A stretch of 62,144 nucleotides of DNA, filler included, from Choristocarpus tenellus KU-1152 (Eukaryota > Protista > Phaeophyceae): the NCBI GenBank assembly GCA_964200185.2. It is 11 parts of 11 records of this genome, joined end to end, with 100 filler letters (N's around TTAATTAATTAA, not from the genome) between each part and the next. Parts side by side here need not be neighbours in the genome. Positions count along the whole stretch, not along the records: positions 38,593 to 44,407 come from CAXNAD020009687.1; positions 44,508 to 47,867 come from CAXNAD020020546.1; positions 47,968 to 51,357 come from CAXNAD020020362.1; 8 more parts are not named here. One strand, 5' to 3'. The translations under genes and the position numbers were made by a program. This document shows, piece by piece, positions 40,203-51,457 of this stretch. The stretch's first letter is position 1. Every line of letters begins with the position of its first letter. The notes under the pieces are model-generated. The model was not told the DNA's origin. It saw only the letters and a list, made by a program, of their open reading frames with translations, and searched no databases.

Positions 40203-43200
40203 ATGTCAAGCAACGACCACGGAGAGGTATTGCGGAGGACCAATTCCGCAAAGATGAGCACCCGAATATTCCAAAACAATATTCACAACCTATCTGGCAT
40301 CTCGTGGGAACAGAGGCAGCAGAAGCAACCTCATGGCAAGTCGAGCATTTTCGCTGCCCTCTGGGCCATTGCTCACGCACCTATACTCGTTGATAAAGTG
40401 TCCAACGTAGAGTTGAGGGATGGAGCGCCTGATGAATTCTCGAGCATGCTGCGGAGGATGAGGAACATGACTTATAGCTCAATGACTAGTGGCAAGTGTC
40501 ACAGCAGTCTCATTGATAGTGCTGAAGCCGCTCTCGCGAAAGTCGCCGAATACCCCACCATGCTTCCAATCGATGCCATGAAGGGGGTCCTTGGAATCTG
40601 CGGTGACTCCGAAGAGGTCCTTCTCTCAACCATGGCGAGCTGGCGAACTGTGAAGCACTGCACAAACGACAAGTGTGGATACTCCAAAACTGGGAACTGC
40701 AGGATGCTAAGTCTTCATTGTCCAAAGGCAAAGTCTCTACAGGATGTTATCGACAATAAGGCATATGGCGGTGGGACATGTGCACGATGCCCTAAGTGCG
40801 ATACTAGGTGCCTCATTCAGGTGAGCATGGTGCACGAAGCCTCCAACGAGTCCGAACTGGATGAAGGTGAAGGTCCCCTAGAAGACCAGGCGGACCGAAT
40901 ATGTTTGCCCTGTGAGGGATGCGGGCTCTCAGCGAGCCCCTGCCAAGTTATTGCAAGTCATACACCTTGATAACACAATGCCGAACCCAAGCGAGAATCT
41001 GCACCTATTGGTATATGGACCTGTGTTAGTTACAACCCAACTGTCGCGCAACAGATCCCATCGAACTGTTTTGGCGGTGAGATATGCCTATTGCAGCTCG
41101 TGTAGTCCTGGTTACGCAACAACTGGCGTGTTCACAGTGGCATAGTGCTGACACCTCAGACATGAAGGCATTGATACTAAGATTTCAGAAATATCGTACC
41201 CTTGAAGGAAAGTTATTGTCACTGGCTAAGTTTCTTAGTCAATTGACATAGATAGCAATGATAATCTGATCCCGGTCATTGTACACATTGGAAACATCAC
41301 CAGTGTGTTTTATCCCCCACATAATTCCCCCTTCTGTCTATCTTGCTCCAGGGAAAACAAACCCTGTCATTGCTCCACTACGCTTTCATGTCTCTAGTAT
41401 CAAGTGGAAAAGGGGGTACGTTTTTGTATGTTAATTGCTATCCCTGTCAAACGTAAAGAGGCAAGAAGTGCACCACATGGTGATGTTAGAAGTACGTTCA
41501 TCTTTACCACTCTATGCCCATTATGCCTGTGTACCCCAGTTGTTTGTGGCCTACTTCATCTCCACCTCTTCATGTTGCTCTTTCACTGTCTTTGTGTGCA
41601 ATGCAAATCACCTGTTTCACCAGACTGAGAAAATGGAAATACCTCCAATGTGTTTGGTGGTAGAATGGGGACTACTCATGTCCCCCACCCTGTCGAGGGT
41701 TGACAAGCTATTGGAAGTGCCACTGGCAGGAGATGGCTCCAACCAGGCTTGCTATAAGTTGGGTCCATGTGTTACCCATAAAGGAAAGGATTCGTCTTAT
41801 GTTTGTGTGTTCAGGTGAGTGGAGCATCTGAAGATCAGTGAAAAAACTGTACAGTGACAAGGGTTGAGGAGATTTTAGGTGTTAAATGATTTTTCTTCTT
41901 CTGTCCATCCTTGGACAGGTTGTTAACAGGCTCAAGGAACAAGCTGCTTTTAATATCTCTTGCCTTCTCTTTATCGGTTTTTCTGAGTTGATTGTGTGTC
42001 TGGAGCACCTCCTTCAACCCCTCGCCAAGTTTATGACTATGAAGCATGTGTCCAAAACAAGAGCCATATTTTACATGCAGCCTGTAGTGATCTTGACAGT
42101 AACATTTAGATAGGGATATTCTTGTTACTGGGAACACAGTGACAGGTGGTATGGATGGGCTTTGATTGTGAGTGTGGAGGTGTGCCACACAACTCAGTAG
42201 GTCTACCTCATTGTCAAGTACTGTCAGGGTGCTTGGACATTGTAGAGAACACCTGAAAAACAAACAGTTACTTGGATGAATTGGAGTCACTCAGTGTTTT
42301 GAACTTAATGTGGAGCAATTTCATCAAAGTTGTGTTGTAGACCCTTTGTAAAAGGCATTGTGTTACGTCTACTTCGTTGGAGTTGATATCGAGATGCGTT
42401 TGTGAATAGGTATTACGTATGTTTCGAAAGTTAGAAAAAAAAAGGTTTTGCCTATTGCACATATACTCAAATATCCGGAATTTCCCGCTGGAATTGAGTG
42501 CACATCCTTGATATATTAGATTTTATCCTCAGTGCTCCAGTTGCTTACCTTTTTTGTGCATATTGGTTCCACTTTGCTCCCTTCCATGTCTTGTGTACTA
42601 CGCCGTACCTCTAATCCCACAGCTTCATTTTTCGTTGACTGTTATCATGCTAGGAAGGGGATTGTTTCGAGGTTGAACTTCCTCCCTCATCCAGTTCCTT
42701 GAGCATTGCAGCCTCAACAAACTGCACTCCCACGCACTCCACCCTCATCTGCCATATTTATCTCACCCTAAGTTCCTCATTCCCCTGTACAGTGTTCCAT
42801 TATGTATTTACCCCCACAGTCCTTCTATCCCTGGGCTCAACCCTAACCTTCCCCAGGTAAAGAGCAATGTGAAGCTGCACTCAACCCTCACGTCGTCTTG
42901 CTTCTTTTTATACCTCCCTTCCCTTCCCTTCCCTTCCCACCCCTCCCTGCCTGATGTGTACACTAGAGCTAATGCTGTCAAATATCTCCAATAATGCCTG
43001 CCCGTATCACTTGCTCTGTTTCGATGGGGCACCACTTCTATGACCTGAACACAAAAATGGAATGTTAAGATCAATTGACGATAATATTACCTGGATGGCA
43101 GCGGACAGAGGGGTGGTCAAACGCTTGTCCAATCAGGACAAGGCAATGGTATCGCCTGTGCTGGCCCTCTATCTCCTCAAACCTGAGAGTGCTACAAGCC

Positions 43201-44407
43201 GAGCTTGGGCATCTCGGAAACTGTCTTCGAGTCTGTCGCAAGACAGGTCCCATTCAACCCTCAGAAAGATGCCTAGGGAGGATAGCAGTGCTGCTGGTAG
43301 CTACAGTGAGGGAGTCAGAGCGAGAGATGGAGGCAGCAGCAGCTTGGGGGGAAACGTGGAGGGTAGTGAAGGGTCTGATCTAGCGGGTGTATCGATGACA
43401 GAGGTCATCGAGGTGAATGATGATGAAGAGGGTCAAAATAGTATTCTGCGATTCAAACGTGGCCGAAGTTGTGTAGACAAGGATTTAGAAACTGGTGTTG
43501 ACTCTCCCTCCCATCCCTCCAGGACTCGGCAGAGGGGGATGGCAGGAGAAGAGGATGGTGTGGGACAAGAGGGTAACAGAAGTCAAGATGAAGTGGGAGA
43601 GTGGGTAGAGGATGTATCAATGGGAATAACAGTGGAGGCGGGGTCGGTTCCGGGGCAAGTTGAAAGTGCTGAGGGAATCTCCAAGGCTGGTGAGTTGGAA
43701 TCTCTGGAAGAGCTGGATTTGTTGGAGTGCAAGAGTGGAAGTTCTTTGTTTGGGAAGGGGGGCAACGTGATGGTACCTCCGTTTAGGGCAAGCTCAAGAA
43801 CGTGGGGCGAGAGGGGAACTAGTGCGGGTGAGTCATTGTGGACGGACCAAGGATGGGAAGATCATGTCAATATGGGTAGAGGTAGTTGTGGTGGCAAGTG
43901 TGATGGCGAAAGGAGCTCAATCAGGGGGGGAAAGCATGAAAGCTCATCAGGAGGGATGAAGCTGGGAGTGGATTCTGCTGAAGGGCTGGATTTTCTTGAA
44001 CTGGAGGAAAATATTAGGAGGAGAGGAATGTTCAGTTGCTTGGAGGGGGGGGCAGAGGAGGAAGAGAAGGAGGAAGTGAGTTTTTACGTTGAGGATGTTT
44101 GGAATGGTACGAAGAAGGGGAAGGGAAAGACAGAACAAAATCAAGCACCAGAAATAAAGGTAGGCACATCTGTTCGGTATGATACTGGTGATGACACCAG
44201 TATTGGGACTACGTGTATATCGGCCCCATTGTGTCTTGTTGATGATCCCAGCAGTGGTGAAGAAGCAGTAGATGCCGACCCTCATGGAATCAACAGTAGT
44301 GTGGAGAAGGAAGGTCTGGAGGGCAATGACTGGAAGACCCACAAGAGCCCGTGCGTCCCTCTCTCTGCTTCAGAAGAACAGAAACTGAGGCGGAGTCCTC
44401 CAGCCCC
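40203..44407 (+). CDS. Divergent USP (peptidase C19)-fold protein lacking the catalytic Cys/His, followed by a long acidic disordered region; truncated by the contig end
   Basis: Exons 40203-40820, 41624-41814 and 43070-44407 join in phase with no stops. Cys-box-like SSIFAALWAIAHAPIL, fingers CTNDKC..LSL..SLQDVI..CPKC, PPMCLVVEW, His-box-like YKLGPCVTHKGKDSSYVCVFR, and TWMAADRGVVKRLS..VLALYL. Confidence 0.65.
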
Positions 44408-44507
44408 NNNNNNNNNNNNNNNNNNNNNNNNNNNNNNNNNNNNNNNNNNNNTTAATTAATTAANNNNNNNNNNNNNNNNNNNNNNNNNNNNNNNNNNNNN
44501 NNNNNNN

Positions 44508-44563
44508 ATGAAAAAATTGACCCCAAGTGGACAGCCGCCACCCCCTCACAGATACTTTGAGCC
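44508..44563. mobile_element. Terminal end of the AAGTATCT TIR element family; related ends at ~4555-4590, ~17340-17372, ~27200-27230, ~57118-57159, ~62124-62144
   Basis: ccccaagtggac..ccccctcacagatactttgagcc resembles the MITE end. The consensus G(G/A)(G/C)(T/C)CAAAGTATCT followed by poly-G occurs at several contig ends. Confidence 0.75.
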
Positions 44564-45251
44564 TGTATTGCTTTACGCTAACCTTAACCCGCCCATCACC
44601 TTTTTCAACGCAAGAAGTGTTACATGTTTGGTGTTTGGTGTAGGACACTTGTTTTTGTCAGGGAGCACTAATGTATTAATCACTACAGTGGTACAAAAAA
44701 TAAATAAAATTAACAGGCAGAAGAAGAACCATCAAACGGTTCCCACCTACGCCACCTCTCCTCGCCCTCTCTCCCCTCCCTGTGCACCACTGCCAGTCCT
44801 CTTCCCATCATAGCACACACCCCGCTTCCAAATAACCCTAACCCCACCAAAACACAACAAAAACTTGCGTGCAAAGACTGAAGAGAGTTATCCAGCCAAA
44901 TAAGTGCGGCTGCGCAGTGTGACCAACCGCATCCATCGGAAATGTTCTTTATCTTATCTCTTCTGAAAGGAGTGCAAGGATCGCCAAAAAAGGCCAGCTA
45001 GCAACGCAATCTCCGGAGAGACATTCCCGAGATATTCCCTCCTTCACCCTGAACACCCCATACCAGAGACCACCCTCCTCTCAAAACAAAAAATCGCATA
45101 CACGGTGGTCACAAACTGCGCTCTCCTTCCCTGTCCGAACCAACAATCAGGTTGTGGACAGATTCACATGTCCAACCAACAAATCATGTCCCGTGCCCTT
45201 TCGCATGGGGTCCCACTCAGTCATCTAATCACATATCGTCAACTTTGTTCT

Positions 45252-45632
45252 TCAAGCGGTTGAAGCCATGTCTGCTGGTTTTGATCGGGAGGCACTGAGC
45301 AGCGAGGCATGGCAGCGTATGACCGTCATTGCCTGGATTGCCAATACGGGGAGGGGAGGTAATGCGTGTTAAAAGAGCTAACAGGAGGATTTCGTTGGAT
45401 TTCGACGGGATGTAGGTATATACTTGGCTTCGAAGTTGGGGGAGGGGGGGGTGAGGCAGTGAAAGCTAGAAGATGTTCTTGCTGGGATTCAGTACATTCA
45501 AACAATGTACACCACATCTCAAAAGTACAAAACTACTCTTGGGATCTAAACAGTGCATGAGCTATCTTATCACTCTGAGCTGAGATACGGTCTATGTAAT
45601 TTGGGTGCCCTGGAGTAGCCCACTAAAAATAC

Positions 45633-45675
<43 letters not shown>

Positions 45676-46118
45676 ATTCTTACTATATATCTTAGTGCGT
45701 TTTTTTTTCAAAATTGGTTTAGTCTCAAATAAAGTCATTCCTTCGTGCATGTCTCCTACAGTCAAGCGTGCCTGGTCTGCCAAGAGGCGTGTTTTGGCAT
45801 CAGAGAGCCAGTCCCGAATCGTCTCTGCAGGAAGACCCTTCAGCTTATCTAGCTCTCCCACTGCTGATGCTAATTCCCCCACCTGAACACACACCGATCA
45901 CAGAGGAACATTCTGTGTATCATGTAATCCACAGTGAGGCTCAAGAGATGGGAATGGAATGTCAACGAACATGTCAACTAAGGGGTGAGAACAGCTTGAG
46001 CAAAGTCTGTGGGGGCACTCAAGAATACCTTGTTTGTTCGAATACAACATCGCCCAGATAACATAACAATTGTAATAGAGGGAGGTGAATGGGGGGAGGG
46101 ATGAGCAAAGTGAATTGA

Positions 46119-46158
<40 letters not shown>

Positions 46159-47701
46159 TTTGGACCCTTCTCCATTGTAATTCATCTTTCTTACCCTGTG
46201 CAATACACTCTATTTCGATTGCTGCATGCACACAATACAATGTTGCAAAATTGATATTCTCCTTTTCCAAACACAAATTGACACCACAAGTTAAGCCAAG
46301 GTTCTTTTTTCTGCAATTGCACAAAAATGCGCATCCCTTTGCCCTTTTTCAACATCCTTCAAATGCAACCCTAACCCTACCTCTCAATCGGTTTAACTCA
46401 ATGCCCCTATTCCAAGGAAGGAAAATAAGGTGGGAGTGGGAGTGTGTGGTGGAGGGCACAGAATATAAGGTTTCTTTTAACAGGTAAAAGATTTGTGTCG
46501 AATGACACCTACACATTTCACAGTTAAAGAAATCACACAAACAAATAATAATAAAAAAACTGGGAGACAAAGTCAGGCAATTATCAGGCGTCCACGGTAG
46601 CAGCTACACTCCACACACACAGAGAGGAACATATACATACCATCATCAGCAGAGAGAATCTACACAAACATCTATATTATTTTTCACACAAAACAAAAAA
46701 ATAAAATCTACAAAAAAAGCGCTTGTATTCAAGAGGATACATAAACAATAAATAAATGAATGAAAATTATATAATATGTACGCATACACTTGTACCAGTG
46801 CAAGCAGGCCCCCTTGAAAAGAAAAAAATCACCTCGACAAGGTGCTTGGCTCGGGCAAGCACACACTCAGCAGAATCGCCCTCCACCATGCCACTGGGTG
46901 CCATCGTGACCTTGGCGAGAATCGATCCCCAGATCTGGCCACCCAATCCACTCCCTGCCTGTTCTGGGACGAGCGATACCCTACGGCACTCCCCATGCAC
47001 AGTTCTAAACCTGCCAGGTCAATCCATTAGTGCCCGATACTGTCTTAGTGCACAACCACTTTGATTTGATTTGATTTGATTTCTCCTGCACTGCATCAAC
47101 CATTAGGTGAGCACGCTACTTGAGTGTCTATTTTCCCAACAAATTTCGATATACATGTGCATACATTCATACATAAGTGTATAAATATTATTATTGTTAT
47201 TCATTCAACCACTGACGACTTTAGCAAATAAACTAAGCTTGACCACAAGAGGATATGATACCGTACCTTAGAATTCCACTTTATCTTAAAAATAATAAAT
47301 AAATAATATATATCAAGGGACACCACAAATAAAAAAATAAATACTGGAGGTGCAGCAGAGACAACAAAAAAGGATCCACAAAAAACGACCATCAAAATGT
47401 TAACTGCATAGCTTGCTCAGTCACCCTAGATCTCAGTTCCATCCTTACAGATTCAGCAATGCAAATGTTAATTTATTAACCAATCCACTCCTAAATTGAG
47501 AACCCCTCCCCCTCCCCCTTCCCCACCCCAAGGTTGACAAATGTTCTATACCCTGTACTCAAGTCACCTCTCAACACCTTTTTACCTATCCCTGAGCTGA
47601 GGAAGGGTTGGAATCCCCTTCGCTGCTGCTTCCTCGGGAATCGCACTCACTGCTGACTCAACCAACTCATCCCCCCCTGCAAGCTCTCGAAGTGAGACAA
47701 G
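45252..47701 (-). CDS. MIC60: MICOS subunit MIC60 / mitofilin, last four exons (5' partial)
   Basis: Exons 47701-47586, 47010-46833, 45882-45772 and 45332-45252 join in phase: LAGGDELVESAVSAIP..GIPTLPQLRDRFRTVHGECRRVSLVPE..VEGDSAECVLARA..GELASAVGELDKLKG..DWLSDAKTRLLADQAMTVIRCHASLL (mitofilin domain). Confidence 0.92.
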
Positions 47702-47967
47702 CTGTCACAGATACCCACCAGACAAATGCACGGTGAAGGAGAGAGAGAGAGAGAGAGAGAGATAGAGGGTTGTGTTGTATTGAATTGTGTTCTTGGGGTA
47801 AGAGACAATGGGGGGGGGGGGAGGAGGGAGAACAAAACCTCTGTTTCAAACATCGTGTTGGGGTAACNNNNNNNNNNNNNNNNNNNNNNNNNNNNNNNNN
47901 NNNNNNNNNNNTTAATTAATTAANNNNNNNNNNNNNNNNNNNNNNNNNNNNNNNNNNNNNNNNNNNN

Positions 47968-48170
47968 CACACCATCTCATACACACTATAGACCATCTCA
48001 TACACACTACACACCATCTCGTACACACTATAGACCATCTCATACACACTAGATACCATCTCATACACACTACACACCATCTCATACACACTAGATACCA
48101 TCTCATACACACTACACACCATCTCATACACACTATAGACCATCTCATACACACTACACACCATCTCATC
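47968..48170. repeat. 21-bp minisatellite (caccatctcatacacacta-ca/ta-type variants), about 9.5 copies
   Basis: Tandem copies; starts at a contig end. Confidence 0.95.
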
Positions 48171-48385
48171 ACTGCTCTCTCCAAAAAATGCTATCGCACC
48201 ATGATACTTTAACCACATCTACAGTGCAGTTTTAGATGACACTTAGGAATGGCCAATTGTAAGCATCCACCCAGGATCACATCACACCCAAGTCCACCCC
48301 ATTGCAGTCAATGGCATACATACTACTATATAAGACTAGCCTTAAATCACAATGATGTCAATAAAAAAGAAAAATCAGTTTCGGA

Positions 48386-48587
48386 TTAGATGGTAGTATA
48401 GTATATTAATAGATGGTAGTATAGTATATCATTAGATGGTAGTATAGTATATCATTAGATGGTAGTATAGTATATCATTAGATGGTGGTATAGTACATCA
48501 TTAGATGGTAGTATAGTGTATCATTAGATGGTATAGTATATTAATAGATGGTAGTATAGTATATCATTAGATGGTAGTATAGTATAT
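48386..48587. repeat. 21-23-bp minisatellite (attagatggtagtatagtatatc), about 9 copies
   Basis: Tandem copies. Confidence 0.95.
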
Positions 48588-49147
48588 CCCCAAAATATGT
48601 TCCCCAAAGTATGTAACTGTTGGACGACATGTACACATTATTATTATTATTACTATTATTATGATTGCAAGTGGTAAATAAATAAAAAACATGTGAACAT
48701 TGTATTGCTCTACTAACTACCAGTGCCTACACGTCAGAAAGTGGGAAATTTACTGGAAAATGCTACAAACAAAAAAGGTGACGGAGAACCATCTACCTTA
48801 ACATTTAAGAACATTAAAAACAACGTGAGAGACAACAATTCTAACCTCTTTTGAACTATTCAAACCTTGTTGGTATACAATCATAAATACACCAACTATA
48901 TGCCTCAAATAAATCAACCCTAACCCTTGCCACAGGAGGGTGTGACTGTAAAAGAGAACATTAAAAATAAATATATTATATGCATCTACGTTTGTATGAC
49001 TGCATGTATTAACAAACATCTATTTTGAAAGACCATCCAACCATCCATCCATCCATCCACCATACAAAAAAAAATGCTCAAACCAAGTAAAATCTTTTGA
49101 AACCTGAATACACACCCCATACACGAAAAGAAGTTTCTCAAACCTAA

Positions 49148-49435
49148 TATGATACTTGAAATATGATATTTGAATGTGATATTTGAAATATCATATTTCA
49201 CAAATAAATATCACATTCAAATATCACATTTCAATCTATATCATATTTAAATATCATATTCAAATATCATATTTCAATCTAAATCATATTCAAATATCAT
49301 ATTCAAATATCATATTTCAAATATCATATTTCAATCTAAATCATATTCAAATATCATATTCAAATATCATATTTAAATCTAAATCATATTCAAATATCAT
49401 ATTCAAATATCATATTCAAATATCATATTTAAATC
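49148..49435. repeat. AT-rich minisatellite built from aaatatcatattc units, with an orientation switch near 49185
   Basis: Seen directly. Confidence 0.9.
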
Positions 49436-49810
49436 AACACTACTTCACTCCACCGCATTATATACATACATTTTAAAGTACTTTAAACAGTGTGTATCTC
49501 AATTGCCTCACCAAAACATGATTTTAATTATCACATTGTTCTTACATAGTGCTGCGATTATTATGTTGATCGTGTCTTGAATTCATAACCCTTACCCTAA
49601 TCCCACATCAAAGTACAATCCTCCCCCTGCCAACATCGTGTACATCACATCACATCACATACAAAATACATGAGTAACCTTTTCTTTTAGATAACCTTTT
49701 CTACCACAGCTCTGGAATCCCCCAGATTAATGTGATAATATTAATAATAGTAATAGTAGAAGAAAAACTAATGATGGCCAATATATAATAACAATAACAA
49801 AATATCCCAC

Positions 49811-49919
49811 CTCAAAGTAGCACCTCTCCTCTGGCCATAGCATCCCTCCCCCACCCTCCTCTGCCCGTTGCTGTGCTCTACGGAGGACCTCCTTACACTC
49901 CTTCCACCTCCCAGCATGT
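49811..49919 (-). CDS. Single internal exon of a probable pentatricopeptide-repeat protein
   Basis: AG/GT-bounded GC-rich exon in AT-rich DNA: HAGRWKECKEVLRRAQQRAEEGGGGMLWPEERCYFE, resembling the PPR pattern G.W.EA..L..M...G..PD...Y. Confidence 0.5.
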
Positions 49920-50352
49920 CTTGTTTCATTGTTCCCAGTAGAAGCAACATACATACATAAAATACAAATCATATACACATAACATACACATATACATAAC
50001 ATACATACATACATAACATGTAAACAAAGAAAAAAAACAAAAAAATTCTGTTGGTCACACAGAATAAACTGCGTAGAAAATTCTAATGGTGATTATTGTT
50101 ACATTGTACAAAAACAAGTACAAAAATAATTACATGAATAATTACAACACTCAGTCACATTTTTTACCATCTCACACTGTCGTTCTCGGAAAATCGTTCT
50201 TTATTAAAAAAATTATATGTACATCGATCGCACACACATACAAAAAAAACAAGAACAAATGATTTCAAATTTTTAAAAAAACCTCAATTTTTGTTTTCTT
50301 CCACACGATACATAGACTTTCAAACCCAATCACAACAGACTCTTTGACCAAT

Positions 50353-50376
50353 AACCCTAACCCTAACCCTAACCCC
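50353..50376 (-). repeat. Interstitial telomere-like (TTAGGG)n; other short tracts at 4735, 5034, 6403, 7826, 8040, 36756, 37902, 38156, 44833, 46368, 48916, 54526
   Basis: 2-4 unit tracts scattered in introns and intergenic DNA. Confidence 0.85.
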
Positions 50377-51457
50377 TATCTTACAACTAACAACAATAAT
50401 AATAATAAAATAATAAAACTGTAAACCGTGACAGTAAATTCAGAACCATTTCCGGCACGGAGCAGGAAATACTAACTCTTCTTTGATAAAAACTTAGAAC
50501 AATTCATATATTCCGATTGAGAATGAACGTGGAGGTGAAAGTGAGATGTCGTGATATTATCGTTCTTATTTTTTATTATTATTATTCTCCCAAAAAGAAA
50601 AAAAACGTGTCAAGAGATCTCTTTGCCTCCTCCACCACGTGGAAATCGACTTAAAAATAAATTGAACAAAACGCACCCAAGAGATTGGAATATGAAAAAT
50701 TATAGCTCGCTATCAAAATGAAACTGTCACAAAATGAAACTGTCGACGAAGTGCTCGCTCCTAGCACCGACCAAACCACTTAGTATACTCCTGAGGCAGT
50801 CAGTCATGTATACATACATACATAATACATACATATGTAATATTATTCTTGAAGTAGTACAGGAATTGTTTTCTCACTTTCAGAATAATAAAAACAGAAC
50901 ATTTATATATATATATATATATATTCTTACAGACTTCAAATCACAGACAAAAAAAGGTATATTTCAGTACCCACATGACATTCAGTCGCGACTACCACAC
51001 AACAGCCTTGCCGGTAACAGCTCCTGCAAATCTCGCATGCACATCTCCTACGTGCATCTCATATCGCCTGACTACAAGACATGTACACAGAGTCACGGAC
51101 CATAGGCTTCACCCATATACCATTTGCCAAAGGTGTTTACCGACCCCAAAAGCAAAAAAAATAATATATATATATATATTATTACATTAAAAAATCGTGA
51201 TATCCCTTCCAAGGTGAAAAACAACGCCATGTAATACAGCACTAGAAATACTATCCAAACAGCCCGGGACCACTGCCCAGAGCCCCCCCACCCCCCCCCC
51301 CCCCCCCACCCCCATGCTTCAATTGTCAGAATAAACCATCCAACATTGTTTTCCACCNNNNNNNNNNNNNNNNNNNNNNNNNNNNNNNNNNNNNNNNNNN
51401 NTTAATTAATTAANNNNNNNNNNNNNNNNNNNNNNNNNNNNNNNNNNNNNNNNNNNN

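Noticed and set aside
33192-49476. Low-complexity ORFs in the track (poly-Tyr, VCVC, MRWCVVC, HIQISY)
   Set aside because: They are translations of micro- and minisatellites.
50353-50376. True chromosome end
   Set aside because: Only 2-4 units, internal to contigs.
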